The notes: generated by a model not told the origin, from the sequence alone. A stretch of DNA of 63,951 nt, filler included, from Chiloscyllium plagiosum (GCF_004010195.1; 4 parts of one record of this genome joined end to end with filler, not necessarily neighbours in it), one strand, 5' to 3'. Numbered from the whole stretch's first letter, positions 23,930 through 35,484 are shown. A program made the numbers and translations.

Positions 23930-25670
23930 TGTTATTGTTATTTGAGTGGGTGTGTTCTAGACCCCAGGTCCTACAAAGTAGGGCCTCCCTCCCACCTTCC
24001 TCCTCTAACCTAAATTAAAAGTCCACAGACTTGCCCCAAAAAGAGGGTCCAAGGAAGTTCCTGTGGAGTGAAGAGTGAGGCTTTAGCTCAGGAGTCTTTG
24101 AGGAGAAAGTGAGGTCTGCAGATGCTGGAGATCAAAGTTGAAACTTTATTGCTGGAACAGCACAGCAGGTCAGGCAGCATCCAGGGAACAGGAGATTTGA
24201 CGTTTCGGGCACGGGCCCTTCTTCAGGAATGAGAAGAAGGGCCTGTGCCCGAAACGTCGAATCTCCTGTTCCCTGGATGCTGCCTGACCTGCTGTGCTGT
24301 TCCAGCAATAAAGTTTCAACTCAGGAGTCTTTGACAAGGAGGTTGAGTGAAGTGATTACACCACAGTTGAAGAGGGTGAAGACATGACTGCCAAGCTGGT
24401 TCAGTGTGCTATGTGCTTGATGTGGGAGGTCAACGACTCTGGTGTATCTGGCTCGTATAAGTGTGGAAAGTGCGTGCAAATTCAGCTACTGACAGTGTAT
24501 ATTGCAGCACTGATGAAAGAACTCGAGGACCTTAGGCTCATCCGAGAGAACGAGATCTTTCTGGACAAGACCTTCAGCGAGGTTATTACACCAATCGTGC
24601 CAGAAAAGAGCAGAAGAGAGCAAACGATGAGGAAAGCAGAGAGGAGACAGGTGCAAGAGACCCCGGGGGAAGTACCTGTCAGGAACAAGTTGAATCTTTT
24701 GGAAACAGTAGAGACAGATGACACTGCCAGTCCACGAGGTGGCCAGGTCTGTCAATCAAAAGTTGACGTGGGGGCAGGGCAGAAGGNNNGGTTTTTGTGG
24801 CAGCAGGCGGGACTTAAGGATGGTGTGTTGCCTTCCTGGTGCCAGGGTTAAAGACATCACAGACAGAGTGCAGGACATCCTCAAGGACAAAGGTGAAGAA
24901 CCAGACGTGGTGGTACATGTCGGCACAAATGATGTCGGAAAGAAGAGGAGGAATATACTACAGCGGGACTTCGGAGAACTAGGAAGAAGGCTGAAAAGCA
25001 GGATGTCCAGGGTGGTTATCTCCAGTTTGCCTCCAGTTCCTCGGGCTGGTGAGGCCAGAAACAGGGAGATAATGGACTTGAATGTGTGGCTGGGGAACTG
25101 GTGCAGGAAGCAAGGATTTAAATTCTTAGATCACTGGGTTATGTTTTGTGGTAAGCATAAATTATACAAGAGAAACGGTTTGCACCTTAATAGGTTAGGG
25201 ACAATTCTGGCAGGCAGGTTTGCTACTGCAACACAGCTACATTTAAACTAAGTAGCGGGGGAAGGGGATAAACTGGATGTTTAAGAAGGAAATTGAAGGG
25301 AAAGTTAGAACAAGGGAAGTCAAGAAAGACAAGTGTATCAATGAGGCAGAAAACTCAAAAAGGGATCATGCTGTAAGGTTGAGTGAAATAGGAGTTGATG
25401 GGAAGGGTGAGGGCAGTAACAAATTAAAAATACTATACATGAATGCACGAAGCATTAGAAATAAGATGGATGAGCTTGAGGCTCTTTTAGAAATTGGCAG
25501 ATACGATATTGTGGGGATAACTGAGACGTGGCTTCAAGTGGACAGGGCCTGGGAAAGGAATATTCAAGGCTACACGTGCTATCGTAAGGACACACTGACG
25601 GGCAGAGGGGGTGGGGTGGCCACGTTGGTAAAGGATGATATTCAGTCCCTTGCGCGGGGAGACCTAGAAT
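23930..25670 (+). mobile_element. CR1 LINE 5' half: 5'UTR, ORF1 (Cys-finger/coiled coil plus SGNH esterase), start of ORF2 endonuclease
   Basis: QCAMC...KCGKC at 24384; CCLPGARV...VVHVGTNDV...NGLHLN; LYMNARSIRNK..ELE...DIVGITETWL...RGGGVA. Confidence 0.92.
24102..24319. mobile_element. Palindromic Penelope-derived mini-element with 15-bp TSD
   Basis: 88-bp inverted arms 24137-24224 and 24233-24320; CTCAGGAGTCTTTGA at 24087-24101 and 24320-24334. Confidence 0.9.
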
Positions 25671-25714
25671 NNNNNNNNNNNNNNNNNNNNNNNNNNNNNN
25701 NNNNNNNNNNNNNN

Positions 25715-25726
25715 TTAATTAATTAA
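25715..25726. other. Assembly spacer TTAATTAATTAA within N runs (also 43814-43825 and 56998-57009)
   Basis: Identical 12-mer flanked by N runs three times; introduces stop codons on both strands. Confidence 0.9.
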
Positions 25727-25770
25727 NNNNNNNNNNNNNNNNNNNNNNNNNNNNNNNNNNNNNNNNNNNN

Positions 25771-25938
25771 AGGTCAGGATCACGGTGAAGCAGACTGGGA
25801 TCACATTTAATTAGGTCAGGATCACAGTGAAACAGACTGGGATCACGGATAGTTAGGTCAGGATCACGGTGAAGCAGACTGGGATCACATTTAATTAGGT
25901 CAGGATCACAGTGAACCAGACTGGGATCACGGATAGTT
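25771..25938. repeat. 42-bp minisatellite, four visible units alternating A/B (84-bp higher-order repeat), adjoining a gap
   Basis: AGGTCAGGATCACGGTGAAGCAGACTGGGATCACATTTAATT and AGGTCAGGATCACAGTGAAACAGACTGGGATCACGGATAGTT. Confidence 0.95.
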
Positions 25939-25939
25939 A

Positions 25940-26150
25940 GTCTCCTCCGACCTATCACCCTCACCTTGACCTCTTTCCACCTATCACATTTCCAACGCCC
26001 CTCCTCCAAGTCCCTCCTCCCTACCTTTTATCTTCTCCTGCTGAACACTCTCTGCTCATTCCTGAAGAAGGGCATGTGCCCGAAACGTCGAATCTTCTGT
26101 TCCCTAGATGCTGTCTGACCTGCTGTGCTGTTCCAGCAATAAAGTTTCAG
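25940..26150 (+). mobile_element. Penelope-like element 3' terminal (pLTR) fragment
   Basis: C-rich tract, then CTGAAGAAGGGC...GCCCGAAACGTC and the same downstream sequence as the 24233-24320 arm. Confidence 0.8.
26058..26093 (+). ncRNA. Minimal type I hammerhead ribozyme motif
   Basis: ATTC-CTGAAGA-A-GGGC-ATGT-GCCC-GAAA-C-GTC-GAAT: stem I ATTC/GAAT, CUGANGA and GAAA boxes, 4-bp stem II, GUC cleavage triplet. Confidence 0.7.
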
Positions 26151-26559
26151 CAGTCCATGAATTAACACATTTTATTTCATTTTGATCCATTAAAATTCTG
26201 ACGACCAGTTTTAGTTTGCTACACTCCCTTTTTGCTATTTCAAGTGCAATTAAGGCACAAGAGTATGAACTTTTGAGAAGGATGCCAGCACCTGTGATAG
26301 ATGTGCAAAAATATTTTATGTTCAAGGTACTTTGCAAATGAAAGGTATTGAATAACCAAGTGAACCAAATGTGTATTTGAGACATTGGTTTCAATCTGCC
26401 TAAAACCAGAAGATCTATTTTATTGTCATTTGTGTTAAAGTACAGATATCAATTTCTGTAGCGTTCTCCAATCTCTCACTGTAACTTAAGCAAAACCCTC
26501 AAAAGAACAAATAAATTTCCATTCTTTTCCCCCTCTTCCATCCCTCAGTTAATGGTTCA

Positions 26560-26915
26560 CAGGTCATGTCACTGGGTTAGTAATCCAAAGGTCCAGCTAA
26601 TTATTGGTAATGTGGGTTCAACTTTCACCATGTCAGTGTTGGAATGAAAATCAATTAATAAATCTGGAATTAAAAACTAGTCTCAGTTATGGTCACCATG
26701 GGAACTATCGCCAAATGCTGTAAGAACCTGTCTGGTTCATTAGCACCATTTAGGGAAGCAAATTTCCTGTCCTTCCCTGGTCTGGCTTGTATATAAACCA
26801 GAAACACAGCAATGTGGTTGACTCTTAACTGCTGTCTGAAATGGTCTAGTAAGCCACTCATTTGAAGAGCAGCTAGTGATTGATGATAAATGCTAGACTT
26901 AATGTTGAAGAATAA
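26560..26915 (+). mobile_element. tRNA-headed shark SINE (second family)
   Basis: TAGTAATCCAAAG...AATCTGGAATTAA...CTGGTTCATTA...CAGCAATGTGGTTGACTCT...ATAAATGCT. Confidence 0.8.
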
Positions 26916-27387
26916 ACAGAAGAAAAATAGCTGCTAAACCCGGACAAAAGCAGAGGAATATTCTGCATGAGATTTTAGTCTGTTTTTGCAAAATATTACA
27001 CATAATTTAGTAACTAAACATCAGCAACCTGGTTTTCTACCAACATGACATTAGTGCCAAATATAAGTGCTCAAATGTCTATTTACATAAAACATTAATG
27101 ATGCAAACTGCAGCAAAAACTATGCCTGTATGAATGCAGCTAATTTTCTTTAAAACTGCCATTCCATTTAGCCTTAGTTTATGAACGACTATTCCATAAA
27201 TATGCTTCATTGAATTTTGAAAATCTTCTACAACTAATTAATATTTTTATTCATCAAGCTATATTCTAGCATAGCAAACAGTCTTTGAAAAACTTAGATT
27301 GCGTGCTTGCATTTACCAATGGTTTATATAGCCCCTTCAATGTAGTAAGACATTCCACAGTAATACTGAGCCAAAGGATCAGCTTAC

Positions 27388-27547
27388 AAGATGTTAGCCA
27401 AGAGATGATTTTCGGATGAGCCTTGCTTTGGCTGATGTAATGGTGGATAAAATAGAAGGACTTGAGCAGGTCGGTGGTGAGGGAAGGTTCTTCAACTTTA
27501 TGGATATTAACATTTTTGTAACTATTGGGACTGCGGTGAAGCCATTT
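27388..27547 (-). other. Candidate 160-nt coding exon of an unidentified minus-strand gene
   Basis: GGCTTGCAG acceptor and CTT|GTAAGC donor; the only open frame reads KWLHRSPNSYKNVNIHKVEEPSLTTDLLKSFYFIHHYISQSKAHPKIISWLTS; non-repetitive, retains CpGs. Confidence 0.35.
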
Positions 27548-27619
27548 CTGCAAGCCAATTTAGATACAGGGAGCAAATTCCTAAATGGTATTTACAGAAT
27601 CACAAAGTGCAAAAGAAGG

Positions 27620-28220
27620 TCATGTCTGTGTTGGCTGTTTAAGAGAACAATTCACCTCGTGCCATTCTGTTTTTCTCTGTTGCCCTGAATTTTCTTCCTT
27701 TTCAGATAATCCAATTTCCTCTCAAATGCCTCCTCCACATTTCCATTCATGATCTTAATCACTTGCTGCTTGGGAGTTTTCCTTTGTCACATTGCTGCTT
27801 TTGCAATTACTTTAAATCTCTGTCTGTCTCTCGTTCACAATCCTATAAGCACTACAAACCTTTCTCTTTTCCAAAAAAAAATTAACCATTATCCACAACT
27901 ATCTTTGCTTTCTCCTGAACTCTAACTTTGTCTATAAGTCTGTTGTGTAGCACTTCAACTGTCCGTGTACATCACATTAACACTTGCTGTGTTGAATTTC
28001 TGCAAACAAAAAAAAATCTCCAAGCAACTTAGTTCAACCCATTCTGCTCATAAGGAAAGTCAGCATGAATTTATTATTTACCCAGGTACAGTACTATTAA
28101 TTATGTGCTGAATGATCATTTTCAGAACTCCCCCCACTACCAAGGTTAAACTGACAGGACCGCAGCTGGGCTTAGCTTTAAAGCCTTTTTTAAACAAGTG
28201 TGTAAATTTCCCAATCCTCT
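27620..28220 (-). mobile_element. Very old CR1 fragments
   Basis: Degenerate 3' end-like and GTTAAACTGACAGG..C.GCAG (YRPVSL) sequence. Confidence 0.45.
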
Positions 28221-28633
28221 ATCCCATGATTCCCTTTCATACGTCTTGGTGTACTTTCTGTCTTGCCTGCATTGTATAATTGCTGGTTGATAAGGAATAC
28301 CCAATCTTGATCACTTGGCCTTCAAGCTCTGTGACAAGCTCGATGGAACTACATGGAGTTTTCCTGATATGTCTTCATTTTTACTGATTTATGTTTCCTA
28401 GCACCTAACATAACACAGTACACCTACTCTTGCTTCCAGAGCTAGAATGAATATCATTAGCAACTCTTGTTTTCCTGTTCAGTTGAGTTTTTCTGATTAT
28501 TCCATTTGGACTGGGTTTCCTTCCACTATATTTGCAGATAGTGATTTTTCTTTTTGCTAAACTTTTAAACTTCAGGGAAGTCCTGAAGAAAAATGTCGGT
28601 GCATGTTTTTTTAAGACTTTTGCACCTGGATTT

Positions 28634-28943
28634 TTAGATTAGATTAGATTACTTAGTGTGGAAACAGGCCCTTCGGCCCAACTAAGTCCACACCGACCCG
28701 CCGAAGTGCGCCCACCCAGACCCATTCCCCTATGTTTACCCCTGCACCTAACACTACGGGCAATTTAGCGTGGCCAATTCACCTAACCTGCACATTTTTG
28801 GACTGTGGGAGGAAACCGGAGCACCCAGAGGAAACCCACGCAGACACATGGAGAATGTGCAAACTCCACACAGTCGCCTGAGGCGGGAATTGAACCCGTG
28901 TCTCTGGCACCATGAGGCAGCAGTGCTAACCACTGTGCCACCC
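28634..28943 (-). mobile_element. HE1-type V-SINE, full length
   Basis: Head, V-domain and (TAATC)n tail. Confidence 0.92.
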
Positions 28944-29249
28944 AAAAGCTATTGACAGATGGGCAAGAGGATGTAATTAACACAAAGATAAACGCTCCAT
29001 TGTGAGAATGCATCCTCATTAGAATATTCTAGAGCTGTCTGTTCACACAACAAGCAAGACCAAAATACGTGCATATTAAGTTTGAGCAAAACTGTGAATG
29101 ATAGTTTCCAATACTGAACAGTTGACAATAAAAACTGACCCAGGCGGCAACCCCCATGCCCCGTGAATTGATGTTTAAAAAATAAATCCTCAAATTTCAT
29201 TGCAATGGTGTGTTCTACTTATTCATCAGCATTTTATTCCAGACAAGAT

Positions 29250-30530
29250 TTTATAAAGCAGAACAGTGGATGCTGGAGATCTGAAACAAACAAGAAATTG
29301 CTGCAGCCCAGCAGCTCAGGCAGCAGCTGTGGAGAGAAACAGAGTTAACGATTTGAATTCAATGACCCTTCAGAACTGATTCAAAAATGATAAAGCTGGT
29401 AAAAATTTATATTTATGATGGTGGGGTGGGGGAGTTAGTGAACAGGTGGAGTCAGAGCCCAGAGAATGAGAAAAAGGTATACAGACAAAGAGATTGTTTA
29501 TAGAAAACCAGGGAAAAGGAGAATCTAGATGCTGATATTGGGGATAATGAGTAGGTGAAAATAGGGTTGTTGTCCTAATGGGCTTTCCAGGTAAATTAAT
29601 TGAATCCCTACAGTGTGGAAACAGGCCATTCAGCCCAACGAGAGCACACCAACCCTCTGAAGTGTAACCCACCCAGACCCATTCCTCTATCCTTTTACTG
29701 TACATTTACCTCTGACTAATGCACCTAACCTACACATTCCCAAACACTGTGGACAATTTAGCGTGGCCAGTTCACCTAACATGCACAGCTTTGGACTTTA
29801 ATCAGTTGTAAAAAACAAGTGATTTATTGGTGGTGATTAGTAGATGAAAAAGAATAACTTGGCTGATTTGGTGATGAACACAAAACATTCAGTTGTGTCT
29901 AAGAGCATTTCTGGATATAAAAAAATGAGAGTTTACTGTGCTGAAAGCAACCCATGTCACAGCAGGACTAGGGAGTGAAAGTGGGTGACTGATACGAAAG
30001 GAGGTAGTCATGCTCTAAAATTGTTAAAAGTCCACGTTGACTCCTGAAGGCTGTAGTGTTCAGGAAGGTGAGATGTGGTTCTTTCAGTTTGTTGTGAATC
30101 TCACTGGAGCAAGCCTGAGACAGATGTTGGCCAGGAAACTGAAAGCTTGGAGTCATTTTTATAAATGTTGTTCCTCCAACACCTCATCTTCCACATGGGA
30201 TTCTGACAGCATTCAGGTCCTGTTATCAAGTTTAACAAATTCAGAGTCTGGAAATGTGCATTACATGCCTCAGGTCCTATCCTGAAATGGGTTGCTTTCA
30301 GTACAGCCAATCTATTTTCAGCTATTTGCAGTTCCCATTCTCACCAATCTAGCTTCTCTGCATCAACAACAAAAACACAAAGAAATTCAGCAAGTCTGGC
30401 AGTAACTGTGGAGAGAAAATATTTAATGTTTTGGATCCAGTGACCTTGTGAAGGGTCACTGGACTGTAAGACATTGTTTTCTCTCTCCACAGATGCTCCC
30501 AGATATGACGTTTCTCAAGCAATTTCTGTT
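29250..30530. mobile_element. Old Penelope-derived remnants, including a GIY-YIG C-terminal trace and a palindromic mini-element at about 30370-30530
   Basis: GATGCTGGAGATCTGAAAC...GGAGAGAAACAGAGTTAACG end motif; minus-strand QACSSEIHNKLKEPHLTF; inverted GTGGAGAGA/TCTCTCCAC arms. Confidence 0.6.
29600..29797 (-). mobile_element. HE1-type SINE 3' half
   Basis: CCCTACAGTGTGGAAACAGGCC...CAATTTAGCGTGGCCAGTTCACCTAAC. Confidence 0.8.
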
Positions 30531-31694
30531 GCGAAAGTCCTCACTGAATGAATCCAGAGGGAAAACGTTGGAATAAAATTCCCTTACTTGACTTCTGATG
30601 ACATTGACAAGAGGCACAGCAAGCTGCTGATGGACCCCATATTCACAAATCAAAGTGGGAGCCACAGCCCATGTACTGAAGGCACAGGAACTTGTGTGTG
30701 CACCTGGAGACCCTACAATATTCAGGTCTACGGTACACTTTGCAGAGCAAAGTCCTGATTGGGTCAACTGCTGCATGAATTCACTGTGAGAGCACCTCCT
30801 CCTCCAAATCCTTGATGTTGGATTTCCATCTCTTTGCCAATCCCTTTGCATACTGTTGATGGAACATGTAGATATGAGTCTTTCCCATGTCCCGCCATGA
30901 CTTCATCGAGGGGAAGTCTACGTCCTTCTCCACTTGGCCCAGAAGTAACAGAACAAGTCTAAGAACTGCTTGTTCTTCAACAGCAGATTGTTCAAGAGCC
31001 AATAAGCTGATCCCACCCAAGCACAGAACACAACAAGCTCCGTCCACACATACCTTTGACCGGCTTCATCAGGCTCCTGCCTCATGGAGGTTATCAATAT
31101 GAAGGGGATGTGCCCTTGAAATGTCAATGCGGCCACCCTGGACACTCCCAACTCCAGGCCCCACAAAGCTAAAGTTGATGGAGTCAGGATAGGGACTCAA
31201 TCTTGAAAATCAGGCCCCAGTTGTGAAGCCTCCTGGAGCTCCTCAATGGGGTAAAGGGAAGCAACATCATTACACATCAGGCTTATATCCACAGTGGTTG
31301 CGACTGACGTCCTTCTCCTGCAGATCACCGCCTGCAGCCTTTGAGCCCTTCCCAAACGTTGAGTGTGGTAGTTGGTCTGGAAACACCTCACTCTTGATTC
31401 CACCCCAGGATTCACAATAGGGAGGTCTTCAGTGATCTCTCTTGGCCTGATTTAATCACTTAGTGGCAGAAGCTTGGGCCATAACACCACTCCCAGCATT
31501 GGACAGGGTAGAGTGTCCGGAATCAAGCTCTGATGAAGGGTAGGTGCCCAGCTCGAGTCCGGGAGGGAGTGAGGGGAGCTTCCCCCTGTGTGTCGCCACC
31601 TAGTGATATTGCCACCACAGTACCCTATAGAGGGGCCAGGTACTACCTTAGTAGACAAGCAGGAGGCCGGAAGAACCCAGCAAGCCAGGCAGCA

Positions 31695-33475
31695 TCAGGA
31701 GTTGGAAAAGTTGGACATTTCAGGTATAACCCTTCTTCAGGACTGGGGGTGGGTGTAGGGGGAGTTGCAGATTAAGGGGGAGAGGGTTATGGGTGGGGAG
31801 AGGAGCAGAGTGGTGAGGTAGTGATAGGTGAGTACAGGTTGTGGGTTGATAGGAGGAATGAATCCAGTTGGTAGCTGGAAGGAAGGGTTGGTTGGAGAGA
31901 TGGAAGGGAAGGGGAGGGGATGGGAAGGGAGGTTATTTTAAATTGGAGAACTCAGTCCTCCGGGCTGTAGGCTGCCCAGGCAAAGATGAGATGTTGCTCC
32001 TCCAATTTGTAGTCTGATTCACCATGGCAATGGAGGAAGAAAGGGATGGTCATGTCGGAGAGGGAGTGGGAAGGGGAATTATAATGCGTGGTGACAGAGG
32101 TCAGTCATCTAGCTTGGAGGAGAGTTAGGTGAACCTCTGTCTCACCTAGAAGGACTGGCTGAAGTGTTTGAGGAAAACATGCAAAACCTGCCATACTCCA
32201 CCCCCTCACTTCCACGCCGGGCCCCAAACAGTCCTTCCAGGTGAGACAAAAGTTCATCTGCTTCACTTCCATCCTAGCTTACTGTATCTGGTGCTCCCGA
32301 TGTGACCTTCTCTACATTAGTAAGACGAAATGTAAGCTAAGGGAACGTTTTGCTGAGCATCTCAGCCAGACATGTAATGGCAAGTCTGACCTCCCAGTCA
32401 CCGCCTATTTCAACTCCCCTTCCCACTCCCTTTCCGACATGATCACCCTCCACCTCCTCCATTGCCATAGTGAATCAGACTGCATTTTGGAGGAACAGCA
32501 CAGAAGCAGACCCTTCGATCCAACTCATCCATGCGTTCAGATATTTCAACCTAATCTAGTCCCATTTGCCAGTACTTGGTCCATATCCCTCCAAACCCTT
32601 CCTATTCATATAATCACCCAGATGCCTTTTAAATGTTGTAATTGTACCAGCCTCCACCATTTCCTCTGGCAGTTCATTCCATACACATACCACCCTCTAT
32701 GTGAAAACATTGCCCCTTAGGTCCCTTTTATGTCTTTCCCTCTCACCCTAAACCTATGCCCTCTAGTTCTGGACTCCCTCCTCCCCCACGCTCCAGGGAA
32801 AAGACTTTGTCTATTTATCCTATCCATGCCCCTCATGATTTTAATAAACCTCTATGAGGTCCCCCCTCAGCCTTCGACGCTCCAGGGAAAATAGCCCCAG
32901 CCTATTCAACCTCTCCCTTTAGCTCAAATCCTCCAACCCTGGCAATATCCTTGTAAATCTTTTCTGAACCCTTTCAAGTTTCACATCATCTTTCCAATAG
33001 GAAGGAGACCAGAATTGCACGCAATATTCCAACAGTGGCCTAACCAACGTCCTGTACAGGCGCAACATGACCTCCCAACTCCTGTACTCAATACTCTGAC
33101 CAATAAAGGAAAGCGTACCAAACACCTTCTTCACTATCCTATCTACCTGCAACTCTACTTTCAAGGAGCTATGAACCTGCACTCCAAGGTCTCTTTGTTC
33201 AGCAACACTCCTTTGGAGTGTATCTTGAAGTGTATCTTTCACCCGTGCAGCCAACAGCCCAGAGGACTCAACATTGAGTTCTCCATTTCCAAATAATCTC
33301 CTTTCCCAGCCCCTCCCCCTCCACTTCCATTCCTCTTCCAGCTACCAACTGGAGTCATTGCTCCCATCAACCAACCAGATCGTACCCTCCACCGGTGTTG
33401 ACCTACCACCACCCTTCCCACCCCAACCCCCTACTGCCCATCTCACCCAAAACCCTCTCTCCACCACCATCACCT
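31695..33475 (+). mobile_element. Penelope element 3' part (GIY-YIG) with an inverted upstream terminal repeat
   Basis: FQVRQKF.C....YCIWCSRCDLLYISKTK.KLRERFAEH...FNSPSHS, continuing after the CR1 insert as QPRGLNIEFS; 31695-32105 is an inverted copy of the 3' end. Confidence 0.88.
32498..33210 (-). mobile_element. CR1/HER1 LINE 3' fragment inserted in the Penelope GIY-YIG region
   Basis: QRDLGVQVH...LYRTLVRPLLEYCVQFWSP...LERVQKRFTR. Confidence 0.92.
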
Positions 33476-35357
33476 GATGCTAACTGGCTTGCTGTGCCCT
33501 TCCAGTCTCCTGCTTGCCTACTTTGGGGGGGTAAGGGATTCCAGCATCTGCATTTTTTTTTTTTGTCTCTGTTACTACCTCTGGGCTCGCCAGTCATTAT
33601 GCAAGGACAGCAACTTCAAGAGCTGCAGCCATCTGGCCTCCAACATACCCGACCCACTTGTGGGCAATGCTGACAGTGGGTTTGGGTGAAGGGTTTATGG
33701 GAGATGCCGCTGCCATTTCCACTTGTGAGGACCAGCACCTGATGGACCCGAGGAGGAGGCAAGACTTCCATTTCTGAGGAAACCTCTCTTCCTGCTCTCT
33801 TTCCTTCCATGCAGGATGGTGGAATGTTGTCTCAATGTCTGGCAGCCAGGGTCATAAAGGGCTTGGGGGTCACATGAGCTCAGAGTTAAACGGGAGCATG
33901 ACAAGGTCACATAGGGTATTCCTGGCCCTGTTTGATGTGGGGTCAGGATAGGCTTGGGGCATTTGCCCAGGGTCGCAGATTACAACATGGTGAGGTTGGG
34001 CTTCCTTTCGGTTGGCAGGCTCTCTCTCCCTTGCCCGACCTCACTGGCAATCAGTGCTGATGCTATAGAGCTCCGTGATAGGGCCTGAGGTGGTTTAATG
34101 CAGGAAGCTGCAGTGATGCCAGCTCTAGCCTGTGGCATTGGAGTTGGCTCAGCTCTTTATGGAAGCTCCACCCCTTTGCAGCCGTGGCAACACAGGCTGA
34201 CTACTGCCTGAAGGATGCAACAAGCAGCTCCCTGGTGTCACACAGAAAGCCCCGTTGAACTCCTCCTTCCCAGGCCAGGTAGCTGTAGACTTCTGAACGT
34301 CTGTCCTCTGGTTAGTGAAGATAGGGGAGGAGAGTCTCAGCTGGAATGAAGGGTGGGATGTTCGACAAAAGGGAATATCCTCTCCATAGTGAAGGCCTTT
34401 TCCAGGAGAAGGGGCACTGCCCACCTGACTGTCATCTTCAGCTGTTGCAAGTGGTCCCTTCAAGCGAAACTTTATTGCTTGCATCATCAAGGTAAGGAAT
34501 GCTAGCCCCTTTTGGCCTCAAAAATGGCTGATACATATTTTCAATCAAGTCATTTCAGTCAGCACTGGAAACATATGACAAAAGCCAACACTTCTTTGCT
34601 TCAGAGTAAGAGAACTTGTCAGTATTCCCTTCGTACACCCACTTTCAACTTTGTCAATGCAGTCAGGAATTGGTTCACAGTCTGCCCTGGTTGCAGTATT
34701 AACATGGACAAGCTCAGAACCATCAGCTATCTTAGCTGCTGAAACCTTTTTGGTTCCCTCAGTGGGTTCTTATTGATGCAGGGAGAAGATATTTAAATTC
34801 CTCCAACATTACTTCCAAGGTTTTCATTTTTGGCACCTACTTTAAGGTGCCCATATTCACCTCTCAAAGATTGGTTGTTTTAATTATTTTTCATTAAATA
34901 TCATACACCTGCAGGGGGTCGGTGGACTCAAACCTGGTTCTCTGGGTGGTGAAAGGGAGGCTAACTACAATTGCCTCACAAGAGCTCGCAGATCAGCTAT
35001 TTTACTCTCTCAAACTCCTTGCAGGTTTGTCCAAGTTGCTGCAAGCGATTTCAGAATTTCTGCCTGCAAGCCTCAGGGATCGACTCAGAACTGTGTGATG
35101 TTTGTCTATCTCAATCTGCTGAGGCTTCCTCACAAAGCATGGTGTAAACTTTATGAACTTAACCAAGCAGTTTGCTTTAACGTCAGCAACAGCTACCTTT
35201 CAAAGGCCAACTGTTTTGACTTTTTTCAAACAAAATTAAAAATGTCTTCATGTTCCTTCCCCCAAACCTTGCATGATTCTAAACAGCTCCAAACATCCTG
35301 CGTCGGAAACAGATTGCTCCCCATCAATGTTTCCACTGAATTCAATGTAATCTTATA

Positions 35358-35480
35358 GGAGAAAGTGAGGACTGCAGATCCTGGAGGTCAGAGCTGAAAA
35401 AGTGTTGCTGGAAAAGCGCAGCAGGTCAGGCAGCATCTAAGGAGCAGGAGAATCGACGTTTCGGGCATGAGCCCTTCTTC
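35358..35480 (-). mobile_element. Penelope-derived terminal fragment with a truncated hammerhead core
   Basis: GGAGAAAGTGAGGACTGCAGAT...GACGTTTCGGGCATGAGCCCTTCTTC, same family as 24102. Confidence 0.8.
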
Positions 35481-35484
35481 TCTT

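Larger units (their letters stand above)
30535..34490 (-). mobile_element. Decayed Tx1-like (L1 clade) LINE, ORF1 to ORF2 endonuclease/linker, interrupted by Penelope plus CR1
   Basis: GSAYWLLNNLLL, WRDMGKTHIYMFHQQYAK, IRSQVREFYSNVFPLD resemble Tx1 ORF2; degenerate zinc knuckle CHGCKGVE near 34165-34190. Confidence 0.7.

Noticed and set aside
24384..25251. Apparent zinc-finger plus GDSL/SGNH lipase gene
   Set aside because: It is the standard ORF1 of CR1 LINEs, directly followed by the ORF2 endonuclease
25715..25726. Thrice-repeated palindrome TTAATTAATTAA (also 43814 and 56998)
   Set aside because: Always embedded in N runs; an assembly spacer, not biology. Adjacency across these gaps is also uncertain.
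25771..25938. CRISPR-like repeat array
   Set aside because: No unique spacers, only alternating tandem units; eukaryotic context and no cas genes
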